NCBI GenBank assembly: GCA_965208905.1
Contig: OZ242365.1
Location: forward strand, 2,150,776 to 2,214,775
DNA: 64,000 nucleotides
Direction: 5' to 3'
DNA from: Nitrosopumilaceae archaeon
Lineage (GTDB): Archaea > Thermoproteota > Nitrososphaeria > Nitrososphaerales > Nitrosopumilaceae
Shown: piece after piece, positions 62,309 to 64,000 of the stretch
How the letters are laid out: each line of letters begins with the position of its first letter
Position numbering within the stretch: the first letter of the stretch is position 1
Translations under genes and position numbers: made by a program
Notes under the pieces: generated by a model
Database searches by the model: none
What the model was told of the DNA's origin: nothing
What the model saw: the letters and a program-made list of their open reading frames with translations, nothing else

Positions 62309-63128
62309 CTGTTATAGTTTCATCAGGTATCACTTGCGCATCCTGTATGGTAAATATGGACTGCATCCATGGATGTACTATGCAAAAGTAGGTGTATTCG
62401 CCAACCGCTAGAGGTGTGGTATCCAAAAAGTATGTTTCTCCTGCATTGATCAAACCTGAATCAAACGTTGCACCAACATCATCCATACTACTTACTGTAT
62501 GCGCCACAAGATCCTCGTTAAACCACTCTATACCCGAACCCACACTCACCACCAACTCATCTGGCAGATAATCTGGATTGCCTTGTATATCAGATCCATT
62601 CAGTATGGTCGCTGTTACTATATTTCCTGTAAACGGTTCTGGCTCTGGTATCTCTTCTGGTACCTCTTCGGGTATGAGGTATGTATCTGGTCCCACCAGT
62701 CCAAATGCCATGTATGACACTATGCCTGCCGCCGCGGCCATGGCAAATATGGCGCCTAATGACTTTGTATACTGAGGCTTCTTTGTTGCTACATATGCCA
62801 TTATGACTGCCGGAAATGTTATTGCTATCAATATTCCCGCAAATACACCGGTTGTACTTATTGTATTAAACAGGAATCCGGCCATTCCAAATGCCAAGAC
62901 TATGGATAGGACCACTAACATTGTAGCTTTGGCCCTATTGCTTGTGGATATGCCGCCATCTAGTATCCCCGTGGCCAGAAATATCAACCCTATCATCATG
63001 GTGAGGCCTGTCAAGGCATGCATGCCATCAATGAATGTGTGTGCCAAGCCTGAGTAAGATATGACAACGCCCGCTAGCCCTATGGCTGTGAGCCCCATTC
63101 CGGGCATCATCAAGTCCCAATTACTCAT
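62283..63128 (-). CDS. Membrane-anchored blue-copper (cupredoxin) protein
   Basis: Several TM helices. AHTV...YFCIVHPWM supplies the copper ligands. Confidence 0.9.
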   Translation of the reverse strand: MSNWDLMMPGMGLTAIGLAGVVISYSGLAHTFIDGMHALTGLTMMIGLIFLATGILDGGISTSNRAKATMLVVLSIVLAFGMAGFLFNTISTTGVFAGILIAITFPAVIMAYVATKKPQYTKSLGAIFAMAAAAGIVSYMAFGLVGPDTYLIPEEVPEEIPEPEPFTGNIVTATILNGSDIQGNPDYLPDELVVSVGSGIEWFNEDLVAHTVSSMDDVGATFDSGLINAGETYFLDTTPLAVGEYTYFCIVHPWMQSIFTIQDAQVIPDETITDETPEVEG

Positions 63129-63400
63129 TTAACTACGATTTCTGTCATATCTAAATAATTCTTTGTTTCTATTATGCGAGAGTGGACACGTGCTCATCTA
63201 CCTTCAAGTCATGGATGTAAATACTTCCTCAGACCTAACATATGACTAAACTGTCTTAATATTGAAATCCCTGCTATTTACTAATTTTATTATGTCAGAT
63301 TTCTTTTACAAAGTTGGATGATGATCTAAACTGTATAGCTGATGGACAGGACAGAGGTAGATGGAGTCAAAGTGTGCAGTCACAAACACATTTTGTGTGC

Positions 63401-64000
63401 TCATCTCCTTATTGCCCTCTGTATGTATGCTGATGCCCGACGCATCTCATTGGCGGTGATATCTTTGGCAATATGCGCCACTCCTCGAACCCCCAACAAT
63501 GCAAGTATGGCGCCCACATGAAAGTCAAAGTCACCATCATCTGTTATCTGTTTTAGTGTATGCGGTTGCACATTATGAAGTAAAGAGTCGATGGCTACAT
63601 TGTCTAGGCGTGCCAATATCTTTCGTACTGTATGTTGAGCCTCAAACTCCCCTCCAAACCTCTTCTTCCAGATATGTGAATAGTTGAGATGGTTTCTGTC
63701 ATCCGTCTCCAAATATTTGACAACTGCTCTGCCTGCCAGCATTCCACCAGCGCCACTAGAGTATATGCCGCCACCGGTGGTGGGCTTTGTCTGCCCAGCG
63801 GCATCCCCCACTAGTATGGTATTGTCCCGAACCACATCTGGCAAGGGCCCGCCTACCCATATGGGAGCTATAATCCTGCGAAATATCGAATAGTTGCCCA
63901 TGTCATCCAGTAACGACTGCATGGTTGCTGTAACATCAATGCGGTATCCTCCAACACCAACCTTGCCTATACCACTTCGTGTAGGTATCACCCATGCAAA
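63401..64000 (-). CDS. Geranylgeranyl reductase-family FAD oxidoreductase (partial, window edge)
   Basis: LVGDAAGQTKPTTGGGI. Confidence 0.85.
   Translation of the reverse strand, partial: FAWVIPTRSGIGKVGVGGYRIDVTATMQSLLDDMGNYSIFRRIIAPIWVGGPLPDVVRDNTILVGDAAGQTKPTTGGGIYSSGAGGMLAGRAVVKYLETDDRNHLNYSHIWKKRFGGEFEAQHTVRKILARLDNVAIDSLLHNVQPHTLKQITDDGDFDFHVGAILALLGVRGVAHIAKDITANEMRRASAYIQRAIRR

Noticed and set aside
1-64000. CRISPR array or Cas12f assignment for the TnpB-like genes
   Set aside because: I saw no repeat-spacer array or cas genes, and the genes fill their transposon ends with no room for an array.

Overview
The window is from an ammonia-oxidising archaeon (Thaumarchaeota/Nitrosopumilaceae). 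The evidence is the 3HP/4HB-cycle gene pair, a PEFG-CTERM protein, radA, cdc48, EF-1beta and hppA. The heavy IS load suggests a host-associated lineage (inference). Positions ~1-28.5 kb are an accessory region. It holds secreted and surface proteins, IS630/IS481/ISH3-like/IS6 elements and remnants, a divergent TFB, a PIN + ImmA pair and a tyrosine recombinase. Positions ~28.5-64 kb are mostly core genes with inserted elements. Three observations stand out. (1) Three unrelated tnpB-only elements with intact RuvC D-E-D motifs (31489-32926, 50245-51859, 59038-60490) are each bounded by terminal inverted repeats and a perfect 8-bp target-site duplication. These are DDE-transposon hallmarks (IS1595-like and IS6-like ends), not IS200/IS605/IS607 hallmarks. 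A fourth partial element and two non-coding derivatives share one of these end types. (2) A 1326-bp inverted, leaderless copy of the 3' part of a coiled-coil surface-protein gene differs almost only in a C-terminal patch and abuts a tyrosine recombinase, so it is a candidate invertible tip-switching locus. (3) A ~1530-aa secreted protein made of ~12 Cache-like domains with no output domain is split by an IS630.
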